A stretch of 64,000 nucleotides of DNA, taken from Pristiophorus japonicus. Lineage: Eukaryota. The position numbers and the translations under genes are program-made. The notes beneath the pieces are model-generated. The model was given only the letters and a program-made list of their open reading frames with translations, made no database searches and was not told the DNA's origin. The stretch spans positions 120,714,001-120,778,000 of the forward strand of contig NC_091992.1 of the NCBI RefSeq assembly GCF_044704955.1. The letters are read 5' to 3'. Positions 12,459 through 25,200 of the stretch are shown here, in pieces. Position 1 is the stretch's first letter; the number at the start of each line of letters is the position of its first letter.

Positions 12459-14199
12459 GGACAGCGGTTTGAACACTGCCTGTTACGGATCAGCCAAGTG
12501 TCACAAATTAGAACTAATAATCATTTTAATATAAGATTTAAAATACATACTGCTCTGTATACTTAAATACTTCTGAAAGCCAAGTCACTCTTACTGATCA
12601 TAAATATCACTCCCAGCGGGTCCCTCTCTTCCAATACTAATGTCCGTCACCTCTGGGACAACAACAACTTGCATTTAAATATAGCGCCTTTCATGTAGTA
12701 GAACGTCCCAAGGCGCTTCACAGGAGTGTTGTAAGCCGGGTTTGAGTTCACTCAACTTTGACGGGGCAAGCCTCCCTCCTCCGAACGGTCCGGGGTAAGA
12801 TGAGTCGGTGCAATAGTAAGAATTGGGGACATTCTGCCATAACCCATACCAAGATATGTTTGACAGTGGGAGATATATCCTCCTCTCCCCTCCTACAGAA
12901 TTGAAGCAAACGTCCCCTCAACACCAAGCCGCCAGCATCTGGCACGAAGTGTCACTTGGAAAGAATGTTGGTAACGAAGATTATCAGGCTGGGGATGGGG
13001 GGTAAAATGGGGCTGTGTAAAGGGTGCTTCACTGTTCTTCCCATTCTGGCTAACTTGGAAGCTCGATCACTTGCAAACAATAGAAAAAAGAACAGTTGCA
13101 TTCTCATCACTGACACCCCAAGCGCTAATTTTAAGGAGGTACAAAAAAAAGGTCTCGGTTTATGAATGCGAGTAACTCTGCAAAGCAAGTGTCACTGTCA
13201 AATGGGCAAAGGTGAGTCGTGATTAAAAGGCTTTTTTCAAAAGAAAAAGTCACTCGGAAGGGTGTCTGGGGGCAGGACCCTGCTATTGTGCACCAATAGT
13301 GTTCCAGCGCTGGCGGTGTTGCTAAAGCCCATTCTAATCGATGTAAAAGGCGGCGACAGATGAGTCCATTCTTTGTGTTTTGCAGGGAATAAATGGCCAA
13401 TTCACACACACTGCACCGGACACAGGATTTGTTTAATATGATTGGAAAACGTGAGAGTGCCGAGTCGAATATTAGCACGCTGTTGGTCAGATGTGACTCC
13501 TGTGTAATATATATGCTCAAGTGTTGAAAGCGGCGAATAATCTTTCCAACGTTATTGCATGCACAGATCGTTAAATTCAATGAAGATCCACTTGGTCTCG
13601 TTCACAACTCGATAGTGCAATGCATAATTAATAGCTTTATGTACTTCAAATATACTGCGACAACCTAGGAAAGTACCAGTCGATTTTTTTTTGCAAGTTG
13701 GAAAATTACTTTTGCAATTTAGTTCAGTATTTGCGAATCGTGCATTGCACTTTTTGTTTTGACGAACTGCACTGCACGTTTCTGCTAAGTTTATGCATTT
13801 ATTACGTGTATAAAAGGAGCGCTCTCGGTGCAAATTATGGTTGCGCGCAGCTCTGCTTATCAATGCAACGCATTTAAACGCTCCCCCCTCCTCGATTAAG
13901 CACTGCTTTACGTAACATATTAGCACCTCGATCGGTTTGCAAAAAAGCACCCTGAGCTCAGTAATCGGAATGCAAATACGTCAGTGACCAGCTGAACAGC
14001 AAAACCCAGCCTCGGGATCCTGTCTGCAAAATGCAAATTCAGTTTGTTCAGCTAAAACAGGAAATGCAATCAGCTCTGCAAGCCTTGAAACTTAGCACTG
14101 ACATTGCAAAGCTCAAGGTGCACCGTTGCATTTTGCATAAAGCACAGGTCTTTTTGCATTCTACTCAAATATCGCCCCATTTATCTGTGCAAACCTTAC

Positions 14200-14520
14200 C
14201 TCCTTTTGACAGCGACATTTTTTTTCTTTTTTCCCCTGCTGGGAGGGGAGGGGGAGGGGATCACAAAAGACTTTGCCTTTTCAGCTTTGCAACAAAGATG
14301 CAAAAGATTGCTGCCCCTCAATTTTCATCCACCTGAGAATCCTGAGCGATTTCTTGCAGCTGCGAGCTATGCAGAGGGAATGGCTGGTTGCACGGCTCGA
14401 AAGCAAGCTGCAAAGAGCAGAAGATTTGCAATTGCAAAAAAAGCTGTTCGGTAATTACGGAGCTGCAGCTACATGCTCGGCCGGAGCTGAGTTCACCAGC
14501 TCCAAACTTCTCACCGTGTC
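14200..14520 (-). other. Candidate first exon of an unidentified minus-strand transcript
   Basis: Lies downstream of the ZNF143 site; strong donor GGAG|gtaagg at 14200; ATG at 14218 (MSLSKG); the TSS position is approximate. Confidence 0.45.
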
Positions 14521-14547
14521 ATCACGTTCTTCCTGCAGGAGGAGGCG

Positions 14548-14566
14548 GCATTCTGGGAATTGTAGT
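14548..14566 (-). promoter_or_regulatory. ZNF143/Staf binding site (ACTACAATTCCCAGAATGC) marking a second promoter
   Basis: Near-perfect match to the long ZNF143 promoter motif, at the edge of a CpG-enriched block spanning about 13100-14570. Confidence 0.8.
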
Positions 14567-15912
14567 CTTCATTGAGAAGGAACTTTATTTCAAACTAAGG
14601 GAGGGGGCTCTTTCATGAAATACACTTTAAGTTGCTGCACTGGTGTGCAAGTTTCCATGAATATAGAAAAAAAAGATACTAGTTCAAATGTCACGCAGAA
14701 TCGATGCCTGGGATTGGAGTAGGTGGCTAAATACAATGAAGTCAAGGGTTCAGACCGCAAGAATTCAGTACAAGGAGTTCATGAATGTCAATTGTACTCT
14801 CTGGTTTCAATTACAAGTATTACTTCAATCCCGTGCATTTTGTTACTACTTTGCACATAAAGGGTTTTGGCACACGATTTGATTTCTGCTGGGGTTGTTC
14901 TTGGTCCTGTGCAGTTCAGGACAGTGTGACCAGGACGATACATATTACTGTCATCAATTTGGGGTGTAACAGAATCAGATGATTATCTAAGTGGTTGTGT
15001 AAGATTGCGTCCAGTACCACTTGTTTTTGCACTGCTTAGTCTGCATAGCATTTTTATATTGCGGCTATACACTTTTGTTAAAGGAATGAGCCAACTGAAA
15101 GTTATTAAATACGGCATCAGGGTCTTCTGCTGACGAACATCTGGTTTGATAAATAATTGTTTCATGGAAGAAGCTGGATATTTTTTCCTTTTTTATACAA
15201 TGTAAAATATGTTGAGGGGGCAAGGGAGCCATCAACCATTTTCTGTGAATTGAATGTGCTAGATTATCTGAGTGAGTTGCTATAAGCAGCCATCCAATTC
15301 CAGAAAGAAGGGTAACACATGTAAATTATTCTCAATCTGCTGTTGCATATGTTCCAACAGCACAAAAGGAAACCTGAAATCTGATTGGCTGCAGATAATG
15401 TGTGTGCTGGTTTGGAAGGGAGTGGGGGAAGCAGGAGAGCAATTTGTACCCTCATAAACATTGCAATAAAAAGACAGTATGTTATCCCAAAGGAGCAGCA
15501 AAGAAAATGCTGCACAGGCGACAGAATAACACAGCCCAAGTTGTTGTCATAGCAATGGTTTAGTTAAAGATCAACGCCAATATTAGAGCATTTACATGCA
15601 CCTTTTCAACTGCCCTTCAAACTACACAATCCATAATTTAAAAAAAACATTTCAATCCTAATTTTATGGAGAGTGCTGCCAGTCAAACCGAAATGGCCAT
15701 CCTTATCAAATGTACACATGCCATCCTATAAATAAAGTTATTAGGAGCATTAGATGCTCATGTGGCAACACAACTGCTGATGAGAAATAATCACAATTAA
15801 CTCCGTTTACTGACTTTCCAACCAGCTTACCTTTGCACCGTGAAATGGGATTTGATCGGGAACGCTCGTCAATATATACCATTAAGAATGGATTTAAACT
15901 GGTCCATTAAAG

Positions 15913-16338
15913 AGTGTCAGCATTGGCTCAGTGGGTAGTACTCTCACCTCTGAGTCAGAAGGTTGTGGGTTCAAGTCCCACTCCAAGGACTTGAGCATTA
16001 AAAAAATCTAGGCTGACACTCCAGTGCTGTGCTGCACTGTCGGAGGTGCTGTCTTTCGGATGAGACATTAAACAGAGGCCCCATCTGCTCTCAGTTGGAT
16101 GTAAAAGATCCCATGGCACTATTTAGAAGAAGAGCAGGGTTGTGATCCCTGGTATCCTGGCCAATATTTATCCCTCAATCAACATAACAAATGATCTGGT
16201 CATTATCACATTGCTGTTTGTAGGAGCTTGCTGTGCACAAATTGGCTGCTGCATTTCCTTCATTGCAACAATGACTACACTCCAAAAAGTATTTGATTGG
16301 TTGTAAAGTGCTATATAAATACAAGCCTTTCTTTTTTT
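15913..16338 (+). mobile_element. Near full-length tRNA-derived Deu-domain SINE (SacSINE1/AmnSINE1-like)
   Basis: A-box tggctcagtggg, B-box ggttcaagtcc, central ttgctgtttgtaggagcttgctgtgcacaaattggctg and tail ctatataaatacaag; the family name is recalled, not searched. Confidence 0.8.
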
Positions 16339-17489
16339 CTTATGTTCTTACATTAGCTCATGCCACTGGTGTAAATATGAAAGGCAATCATCTGGCTACA
16401 CTTCTCCATCAGGGAATGAATAGTTGCACGAGAGAAAGAAAAACAAGTACAGACATGATCAATTCACCACAATACAGATATAGCTGGAATTTGTGCCCAG
16501 AAGTACCTATAAAGTTTATTTTTAAATTAGTAGCTTAATAAGAATGTTGCTGATCTTGATCTTGTAAATGGGTGGGCGTACCAACGTTCAGTAGGATAGG
16601 GCCTTCCTCACAGAACAGGAGGGGAAATAGATAATGATCAGGTCACTAAGGCAACTCACACCTCCTAGTGGCAAGATCAAGGCCAGCACTGGGGAGGGCT
16701 AGCAACAGGTTGCCCACCCTCTCGTACAGGGAAAAGTTCTATGATACAGAAAGGCCAGGGGAACCAAAATGTGAACAGTAGAAAAAACAATGTCTGCAAA
16801 GAGCAATGTTTGATAGCTTCAGGTTTTTACTGGAGAGGCTTGCTTACATTGAAGTAATAAAGAAGTGCATTTTTTCTACCCAAAACAAGCTATGTAACAA
16901 AAAGAAACCAAAAAGGTAAAGTCAGTGTGTCAAGTGCATGTCCGTAGGAAAGGAATAAAGTACAAAAGAACCATAAGAAAGTATAAATATGAGTCCATTT
17001 TCTGTAAAGTAACATACGGAACAATGGGAACAAAATTAACAGAGATGGAAAATTAAAATAGGCGAGATTAAATTAGCAAAGAACTGATATACAACTGCAG
17101 ATTGTGTAATAACAGGTTGGCTGTCTACACTATAAACCATTCAGATGTCACTCAAGATAACGTCATTAGATAAACCTTTTCCATTGCTATTAAAACAATC
17201 ACGTATGCAGGCATCAATAAAAAAAAACACCCTGCATATCCTCAGAACAGCACAAGAGGGAGACATTTTGCATTTTCTTCAGGGAACATGAATTTTACAA
17301 AGACAAATGAATGGCAATACAGTTCGAGTTGGGATGACACCTGGTGGAACAGTTAAAGGTTCTTTTAAAAAAAAGTACTTTCTGCATGTAACGAATATGC
17401 ATTCTTTATTACAATTACCATCTGTATTTTTTTTTAATTTCTGCTGTTCTCTTCTGATGTGCATTGCCCAATACAGAACTTGCATTTCT

Positions 17490-19370
17490 TTACTGCTCCT
17501 CACAAGACAAATGCTTCAAAGCCTTTGAGCATTAGGTGGACCAAAAACAGTGGACACCACATAGGCAGGGGGAGGGAGAAATGGAAAGGGTACCAAAGAA
17601 ATGCTGAGCGAGATAGATTTTGAGGAGGTTTTAGACACAAAGGACAAGGCCAAGGGAAATAGTAAATAGGCAGATGGTTCCAAAGGACAAGAATATATTG
17701 GATGAATGAGGGCCGCCGATGATAGAATGGGGGGAGTGGGAATAAGAAGACCATTGGTAGAGGCTCAGAAGACTGGAAGGATCATTGAAGTAGGCTGCAG
17801 CAGGGAGATGGAGAGATGAGAAAGTGAGGACGCGGATTTTGAAATCAACTCATTGATGCACAGGCAGCAATGGAGATTGGAGAGAATGGGTGATGGAAAG
17901 TGTAGGTGAGAACATGGGCTGTGATAGTTTACTGAGTTGATGGAGTGCTGATGCAAGGAGGCATAGAGGGAGAGTATTAAAGAAATCAAGTCTCAAGATA
18001 AGTTAAGCCTGGACTTAGGTTTTATAAGAGGGAGTGGAGGCAGATAATCCTTTAAAGATGAAAAGTGATCCTAATCATTCGAGATGCGAGGTAAGAAAAT
18101 GAACTAAAGGTCGAGCAGTATGCCAAGCAAGGTTCTGCACCTCTTGGATTGCCTGGAGTTGCTTACTAGTAAGGCGATGGGAGTCAAGGCCAGCGAAAAA
18201 TAGATTTTATTGGAAATTAAAAAGGATGGCTTCAGTTTTGCCAAGATTAAGCAGGAGGACATTTTGGCTCATTCTGATCTGAACATCAGTTAGACAGTTG
18301 GAAATTGAAGCAACAGCCTTTGGATTGATGGAAGAGGCAGAGAGGCAAAGCTAGATGGCATCAGCACACATGTGGAAACATAATTGCATGATGACAATAC
18401 ACTTCAAGAATTTGGAAGGGGAAGGTTGAGATAGGGCAGCAATTGGAGATAATGAAAAGGCTATGGGTAGATTTCTTGAGGAAGGATGAAATAACAGTAG
18501 GCCTAAAGGAGGGGAATTGCTAGCAGATAGGTAGGCAATCATGGGACTGGGCACATGAAGTTGGAAGGTGAGAAGCCTGTATAGCTGTATAGGAGGTGAT
18601 CAAGGGAGCAGATGAGAGGTTCATCAATGAGATGAGAATGCTAGAGAAGGGAGTGAAATGGCTCCGTTGGATGGCAGCCATGAGGAAGAACTGGGGTGCA
18701 CCACAGAGGAGAAACCATAGAGGAGGGAATAGCTCACGGCCAAATAATATGGAACGGTCAAAAGATTAGGATGGATAAACAAAATTACAAGGCTGACTTT
18801 CACTAAAGCAGTCAGTGCTGTAGGCAAGACAGAAACAAGATGTAGGGATTTTCAGAGTAAATGTTGGGAAGGGCACACACAGCTGGGCAAGGGGGGGTTA
18901 GATATGGGATGGCAGAAAGTACACAAGGGTCAAGAGTAAGATTTTGATGGTGGTGATACTGGTTTCAACAGTGGAGGATATCAGTAGTAGGCAAACGTTG
19001 AGGCATGGATAGTTGAGTATCTAGGATTTGGGTGGTTGGGGAGGGGGGGGTTGAGAAAGCAGATGAATCAAATAGAAGAAATGGCCAGGTGAGGAGGGGG
19101 GTCACACCTCAAATACAGGAGAGGTTAAGGGGATGGGAATGAAGCAGGAGGAGGAATAGACATCAGATTGATTTTTGAGACAGAAAGGTCCATAAGGTCC
19201 CTGCATTTGGTATTGGAGGCAAGGATGGAAGGTGCAGAAGGGTAGGTGAGAGGTGGTTGGTCTTTGAGGAATCCTCAAGGATGATCCTGGAATAGTAGGA
19301 GAATTTAGGCTTGGAGACATTACATAAATATATAATGAAGAAACTTCTGAGCTGAAGTCTTGGTCTTGCA
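17490..19370 (-). mobile_element. Old, degraded L2-like LINE
   Basis: Long purine-skewed tract; RT relic FHMCAD near 18355-18380; boundaries approximate. Confidence 0.6.
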
Positions 19371-19599
19371 AATCAGGTTATAGCAGCAAGTTTCTCCAAG
19401 TTCATGATGTGCACATATAATCAACAACATCTTACATGAGCAAATAAACATAAAAACTGTGAAACTGCAGCACAAGTATCATTCATCACTATAATCTCAA
19501 TCCAGTCATGGTGAAATGATGAGGAACTGTGAGACTCTGAAACTTGATCCCCAAAGATAAATAGGACAAGGTGTCAGTGACTGCAGGTTATGCTTAAAT

Positions 19600-19890
19600 T
19601 TTCCATAGTGGCTCATTATAGTTGTCCCAATGGAACACACACATTTCCAGGAATGATATCTCCTCATCTCCTTGTGCTCACCTCCAGAGTACCCCAATGT
19701 TCCATCCTTGCCACGCTTTATGCGCTGTTCCCAGGTGACATCATCAGTAGTCACAAGGTCAGTTTTCATGTATTTGCTGATGACACCAGCACTACCTTTC
19801 TTTCACCATCTGCTTTGGCACACTGCCTAACTGACATCAATTTATTGATGAGCTAGAATTTTCTCCAGTTGAACAATGGGAAAACTGATC
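19600..19890 (+). mobile_element. Degraded L2-like RT fragment
   Basis: VPQCSIL...FHVFADDT motifs in ORF 19590..19856. Confidence 0.7.
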
Positions 19891-20426
19891 TTCTGAACTA
19901 GTTTCAAAGGGAACGTCAAAACAGTGGTAATCATTGATTGTTCACTCTTTCCATTGTTACTGAGAATTTTTTTAATTTCTCTGACAGAGCAAACTGTGCT
20001 CATTTAGACTCCTGGTACTGCCAAGATGTTTTGTTCTTGGTAAGAATCGAGATATTTTATGTAATCAAGGTCGCAATAAGAACTATACAATGAAGAGAGT
20101 TTATAAAGTAGCTAAGTGTGCAGTTTAAGTACCTTTTGAATTTAATATGTACTAGAATTTCAGGTCAGCCTCAAGCCTCCCGGTTCGGGAACGCATTGTG
20201 GCCACATTGCTGCCTTTGGCCCAAAACCGGGCAGACACAAATTTATATCCCCCATGTTTCACAGCACACCGTCCAACCCATACTTAACAGCATGAAAGAT
20301 TATGGATTTTGTCATTTAATAATAAAAATATGGAAGCCCTGTCAGAGATGATTTATGATCATTTTAGGGGTAAAACATTATAATTTGGTAAGACATTATT
20401 ATTTGGGACTATCCCTTTCATTGGCC

Positions 20427-20675
20427 ATGACAAATGACGAAGGCTTTCAGCTTCTGATGACACTTTACATACTACTTTGAATTAGTCCTGACACGGCCAT
20501 TCACCCGACAGGGCAAATTATGCTTTGGTGTCAGTCTTGGTTCAAACTGAAATTTCCATTGGCTTAAGCAACTAAACAGAGAATAGCTAATCATTTCTAT
20601 GTTTGGGTTTAATGCCTCCCAGCAAGTTCATTTTATTTATCCAACATATTCTTTTCCCAGAAAGTTAAAAAGTAC
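20427..20675. repeat. Diverged direct repeat, copy 1 (copy 2 at 22792-23078)
   Basis: Shared blocks aaggctttca, aactgaaatttccattggct, actaaacagag, tttctatgtttgg and cagcaagttca in the same order. Confidence 0.8.
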
Positions 20676-20721
20676 TTTGTAGTTCTGATGCAACATATGT
20701 GTTCCTGGCTGTGAGTACCTG

Positions 20722-20748
20722 TATATATATATATATATATATATATAT
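20722..20748. repeat. (TA)n microsatellite
   Basis: Perfect TA run. Confidence 0.95.
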
Positions 20749-22012
20749 GCCCAATACCAAATCAGGGACACATACCAATAAATAATTTAGCCCTGACCAT
20801 ATATTGAGCTGTATTTGATACTAGCCAACCAAGAAACAAGAGTCAAATCTCCATGTTACATGATTTAAAACGAACTTTAGTGGAATACCTCAGGATTAGC
20901 GGAAAGCTTGTGTGTCAAAATACGGCAGTATTCAATGTCGAACCATAATGCTGCAATCAGGGAAAAAAGCTTTGGTTGCATTGAAATTAAATGACTCTTC
21001 AGGCAAGGTTTCAACGAAAAGTCTACAGTAGGCCCTCAACAGGGGGGATGCAACTTGAACATGTGGTGCTCATCTATTACAGAGGGGCTGTAATCTAAAG
21101 TGCTGAACCATTTACAAGCTTGGGATTATGAAATTCCAGTTAAACTTCATGGTTGGGGCATGTTACTGACAGCTATATTTGTCAATGCAGCTTCATTTGG
21201 GAGGTTACGAGAAATTGTGCTTTTTCTCTTGCTGAGTTGCCAGTGCTGCTTCCAGCACCAACGTATAAAAGTATGGCAATAATCCAACTATTCATTTCCA
21301 CAAGCACTAGTAAGAAAAAGAGATAATGCTTCAATTCAGCTGAAGGAACTCCTCAGCAAACATTTTAGTGTTGACTTTTCTGGAGAGAGAATTCGTGATT
21401 TGTAAAGAAGGCAATCTGTTTTGTGTTTGGACTAAAATTTCAAAACACATTGTGCTCCAGTTTATAATTTTGCTCGATAGAAAAAACAGGAAATTTCCCC
21501 CTAAGCTCTGTTTTATTTACATCTTTCTTTAATAGGGCACAGATGCAAACATTGGGAGATATTGTATGGGACTTCATCATCAAATTAGGACTACATATCC
21601 CATGGTGCTAATGGAATGGGAGTTTGCGATTTGATGGATGTGTACTGACAAAAACTGCACGTTGAAAGAGAGAATGGCTGCACATGTGAACAGCTGTAGA
21701 AGCCATTCATTAAAATGCTGCCCCTGCACCCTGGAGACATGCTCATGTTACCAATCTGCTTAACTAATTCAATGTCATTAGGAATTGATCTATATTTCAA
21801 TTCAATAAAGGTCCAAGTTGACATACTGCAGTCCACATGATACCGATATATGCTTTTTATAGAAAAAATGTACCCTAATAATGGTAACAGATATGATCAT
21901 TGCTACATTAAAGCAGCTGCACATGGTTAAAAATACATAATTAGTATATTTTTGTAAGTTACAGACAGCAATATCATTTTTACATTAAATGGTAGTTGGT
22001 GATACTATTGTA

Positions 22013-22018
22013 TTTATT
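22013..22018 (-). terminator. Candidate COG1 polyadenylation signal AATAAA
   Basis: tttatt on + strand, about 60 nt past the stop codon; another lies at 21512-21517. Confidence 0.55.
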
Positions 22019-22080
22019 AATTTTCATCTATAATCATAGCTTGCATCCACCAGTATTTTTTTTTTGAAAAGCTGGCATTA

Positions 22081-22224
22081 TCACTTTGTCATACTAGATA
22101 GCCACCCTAATTTAAAGAGGGATGGCGATGATGATGATGCATCATCTTCTTGAAAAGCTGCCAGCTGCCGAAATAAGGAGCCAGGCCTCAGACTTGCATC
22201 TTCCGTGATGGACGTCGGAAGCAT
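22081..22224 (-). CDS. COG1: COG1 exon 14, coding part (MLPTS...PGSLFRQL...[13 protein letters not shown])
   Basis: tatag| acceptor; TGA at 22083-22081; 144 nt. Confidence 0.94.
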   Translation of the reverse strand: MLPTSITEDASLRPGSLFRQLAAFQEDDASSSSPSLFKLGWLSSMTK

Positions 22225-25200
22225 CTATACCAAAAAAGACAAAAAAAGGTTTTAAACGCTATATCCTGGGTATATTTACTGTACAATACTCCAAGTGCAA
22301 TAGTGAAACAGCAGAGCTATTATTAAACTCTCATTATTCACAGCAAAACCAATATGGTTTGCAATAATTACACTTTTGGAACTTCACGATGAACATTTTA
22401 GCTTCCTTATCAGGTCAACTAGCTCAATTAACGATTACATGAACTCACAACCACCCCACTTCCAGAAAAAAAGGAAAATAAAAACGATAAAATCCTGAAC
22501 CTGCTCCATTCCTGCCCCCACAGAAACAAGGTTGAATCCTCCCCTCCAAACTGCGAGATTGGTTCAGAAAGATTCCTCTTTACAGATGGGCCATATATTT
22601 CAAAGCACGTTATTGTATGCACACAGCACTGTAAATTGGAAAATTAAGTAATAGTTGTCATAGTTCACTAACAAAAATGTGCAAACCAGAAATCAAGCTG
22701 ATTTGTCATGATTCAGGAGCATAATTGTTGGAGTAAAACAGATCATACAAGGTAAATAGATGCTATTATTGTGACTGTCGCTGCTATTAATTATGACAAA
22801 ATGATAAAGGCTTTCACTCCGCTTCTAGAGATGACATAAAATACTATTACGTTTAGATTAGTTCTGGTTAGTCACACAGCTGTTCACCTGACAGAGCAAA
22901 CGAGATCTATGGGACCAGTTTTGGCTCCAACTGAAATTTCCATTGGCTCAAGGTACTAAACAGAGGATAGCTAATGTTCAGAGCCAAACACTTTTCTATG
23001 TTTGGAATTAATGTCACTCAGCAAGTTCAGATTAATTTCCCCCCCAACACCTTCTCCTTCCCAGCAAGTCAAAAAGGCAGTGACACATATCGTCTACTTG
23101 ACAACACAAACAGCCACATGCTATAATACATTACATTTTCTGCAATGCAAGGGTTACTTGCCTAGGAAAAATACATTGGAACCAAATATTAAGCTTTTGC
23201 AGTAAATTTGTAGTCAAATCTATTTGAGTACAACTACCAGACTGTCTGTCAACAGTTCACATTGACAGCATATTCTATTTGTGCTGTACACATCAGAAGT
23301 TGTACAATACTAATGAGGAATTCCTGATATTGAGATGATAATTTTCGTCTTATACAACTGATAAAAGAGAAGATCTGAATTTAGGAAAGTTCCTATCCAA
23401 AAGCTCCCCATAACATAGGCACTTGTTAAACTCCTTTCACTACCAATAACAAATTATGCCTCAATAAAATGTCCCTGGATGACATCAACATAGATTTTTT
23501 GTTTGTGTTATTATGTTAAGAAATTGTTCACACATCTGTGCAGCATTTCATAAAAATACGCACTTCACACATGCACGTTGATGGATACTGAAACAAACTG
23601 AATGGCAAAGTAGCAACCAACAGCAACACTTCAAAGACAAGAACAACCAAGAGGTACTGCAGTACAAACATATTTTCCATAGCAGTAAATTAAGTTACTG
23701 AATTTGGAATACAAACAATTTATAGGTATGCAGTGAGCATCAGAAACAAGACTGTTAATCCCCTGAGGACTAATGGCAGCGTTTTAGATGACAATTTTCA
23801 GCTGAATCATCAATACTAAGACTAGGTAATAATTTTGCGGTTCCACATATTTAATTTTACTTCACATTTAATTTTACTTCATGGCACTCAGCACTAGATA
23901 TTTATTTGCAGAACATTTTTATATATGATGCCGGATTTTTAAAAAAATGTGTAATTTAAAAGTTACTTAAAAATTCAGTCCTCAAATGATTTGACATATT
24001 CAACTGCAACCAAGTATTAAAATTGCTACATCTTCAACTGTGGTAGCCATAGTAAAAGAGGAAAAGTGCCTTTTTCACCTGGCCTGCCTAATTCCAGAGT
24101 AACTTCTGAAACATCTGTGCATAATCAGTCGATCATCACAAGTCACATCCAGGTGATTATTCACAGCTTCAGCTAAAGAGCTCAAATGATGCACACAAAC
24201 AGAACACACTCAAGCCACAGAAAAAACTTTCAACTAGGCAACAAGGGAACAAGAGGTAAATTATTACAATTGGGTAACGATAAAACCAGTGCATTTGAAT
24301 TTCGCAGAGCATCCAATTTCAGAGCATCAGAGCCTCCAGAATATCAACTTCAATTTAGCAGAAAACAAAAAAAATCTAAACAATTAAAGGTTATAGTACT
24401 CTCAATACTGTGTTCATTATTAACATTTAGACTGCTGGTATTTTTCTTAGATACATGCTGTATGGCAAAGGACCTTAACTAAAATCATGATAAATTGAAC
24501 GCTTGTACATAAATCCACAACACTACTTTTGTTTCCTAACTCTAGATTGTACAAATATAATCGAGTCACGAGTTTGGATGACGTGCTATTTAGATGAGGA
24601 CATTTGTACTTTTCAAAAATCCCATTTGGAGTAACCTGTTTTGATGCAGGTTCGGTTAATCAAAAAATTTGCACTGCTAACGAAAGACTGAAAAAAAAAA
24701 AGTTCTTAAACTTTTGTGGCATTTTCTCACATTATGAGATGCTGGAATTACCTTTCAGTTCCCCAGTACTGTCGTTCCTCTTAAAATACATGGCAGGAAG
24801 CAGGATGAAGAAAAATGATAACTAGAAAGGTTTTACAGTTAGCAAATGGCTAGAAAAGGTAGATCAGGTTGAAAAGTACACGTTAAATTAAAGAAATAGA
24901 GATAGAGAATGTGAAAAAGTGGGAATGGGGGTAGGGAAGTTAGGGCAAGCACAATTTTTTTAATACAATATTTAACATTGTTAAGTTTTTGCAGTTTCAA
25001 ATCAATATTTCAGTAAGAGTGTGTACTCCTGACATTATAAGCGTTCTGCTTATTTCACATTATGGTGTCAGCTGAAAACTCAATGTCAGTCTGCTAGGAA
25101 AACAGGAAGTTCTTAACTTAAAAATCAATGTGAAGCTCATATTCTTTCGTTACTTGGAAGAGATGAGATTTCTTATCTATTTTCATGGGACAATTTAATT

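Noticed and set aside
14435-14526. Possible small RNA on the minus strand (GTGATGA, GGAGCTG/CAGCTCC stems, T7 run)
   Set aside because: No recognisable Y, vault, snRNA or scaRNA sequence; no PSE/TATA at the right spacing; the ZNF143 site is too close for a type-3 Pol III promoter
13131-14618. Overlapping 100-150-aa ORFs in the CpG-enriched block
   Set aside because: They occur on both strands with no recognisable domain; more consistent with promoter or first-intron DNA
15913-15990. tRNA gene
   Set aside because: The A and B boxes belong to a SINE head that runs on into the Deu core and tail; no complete cloverleaf
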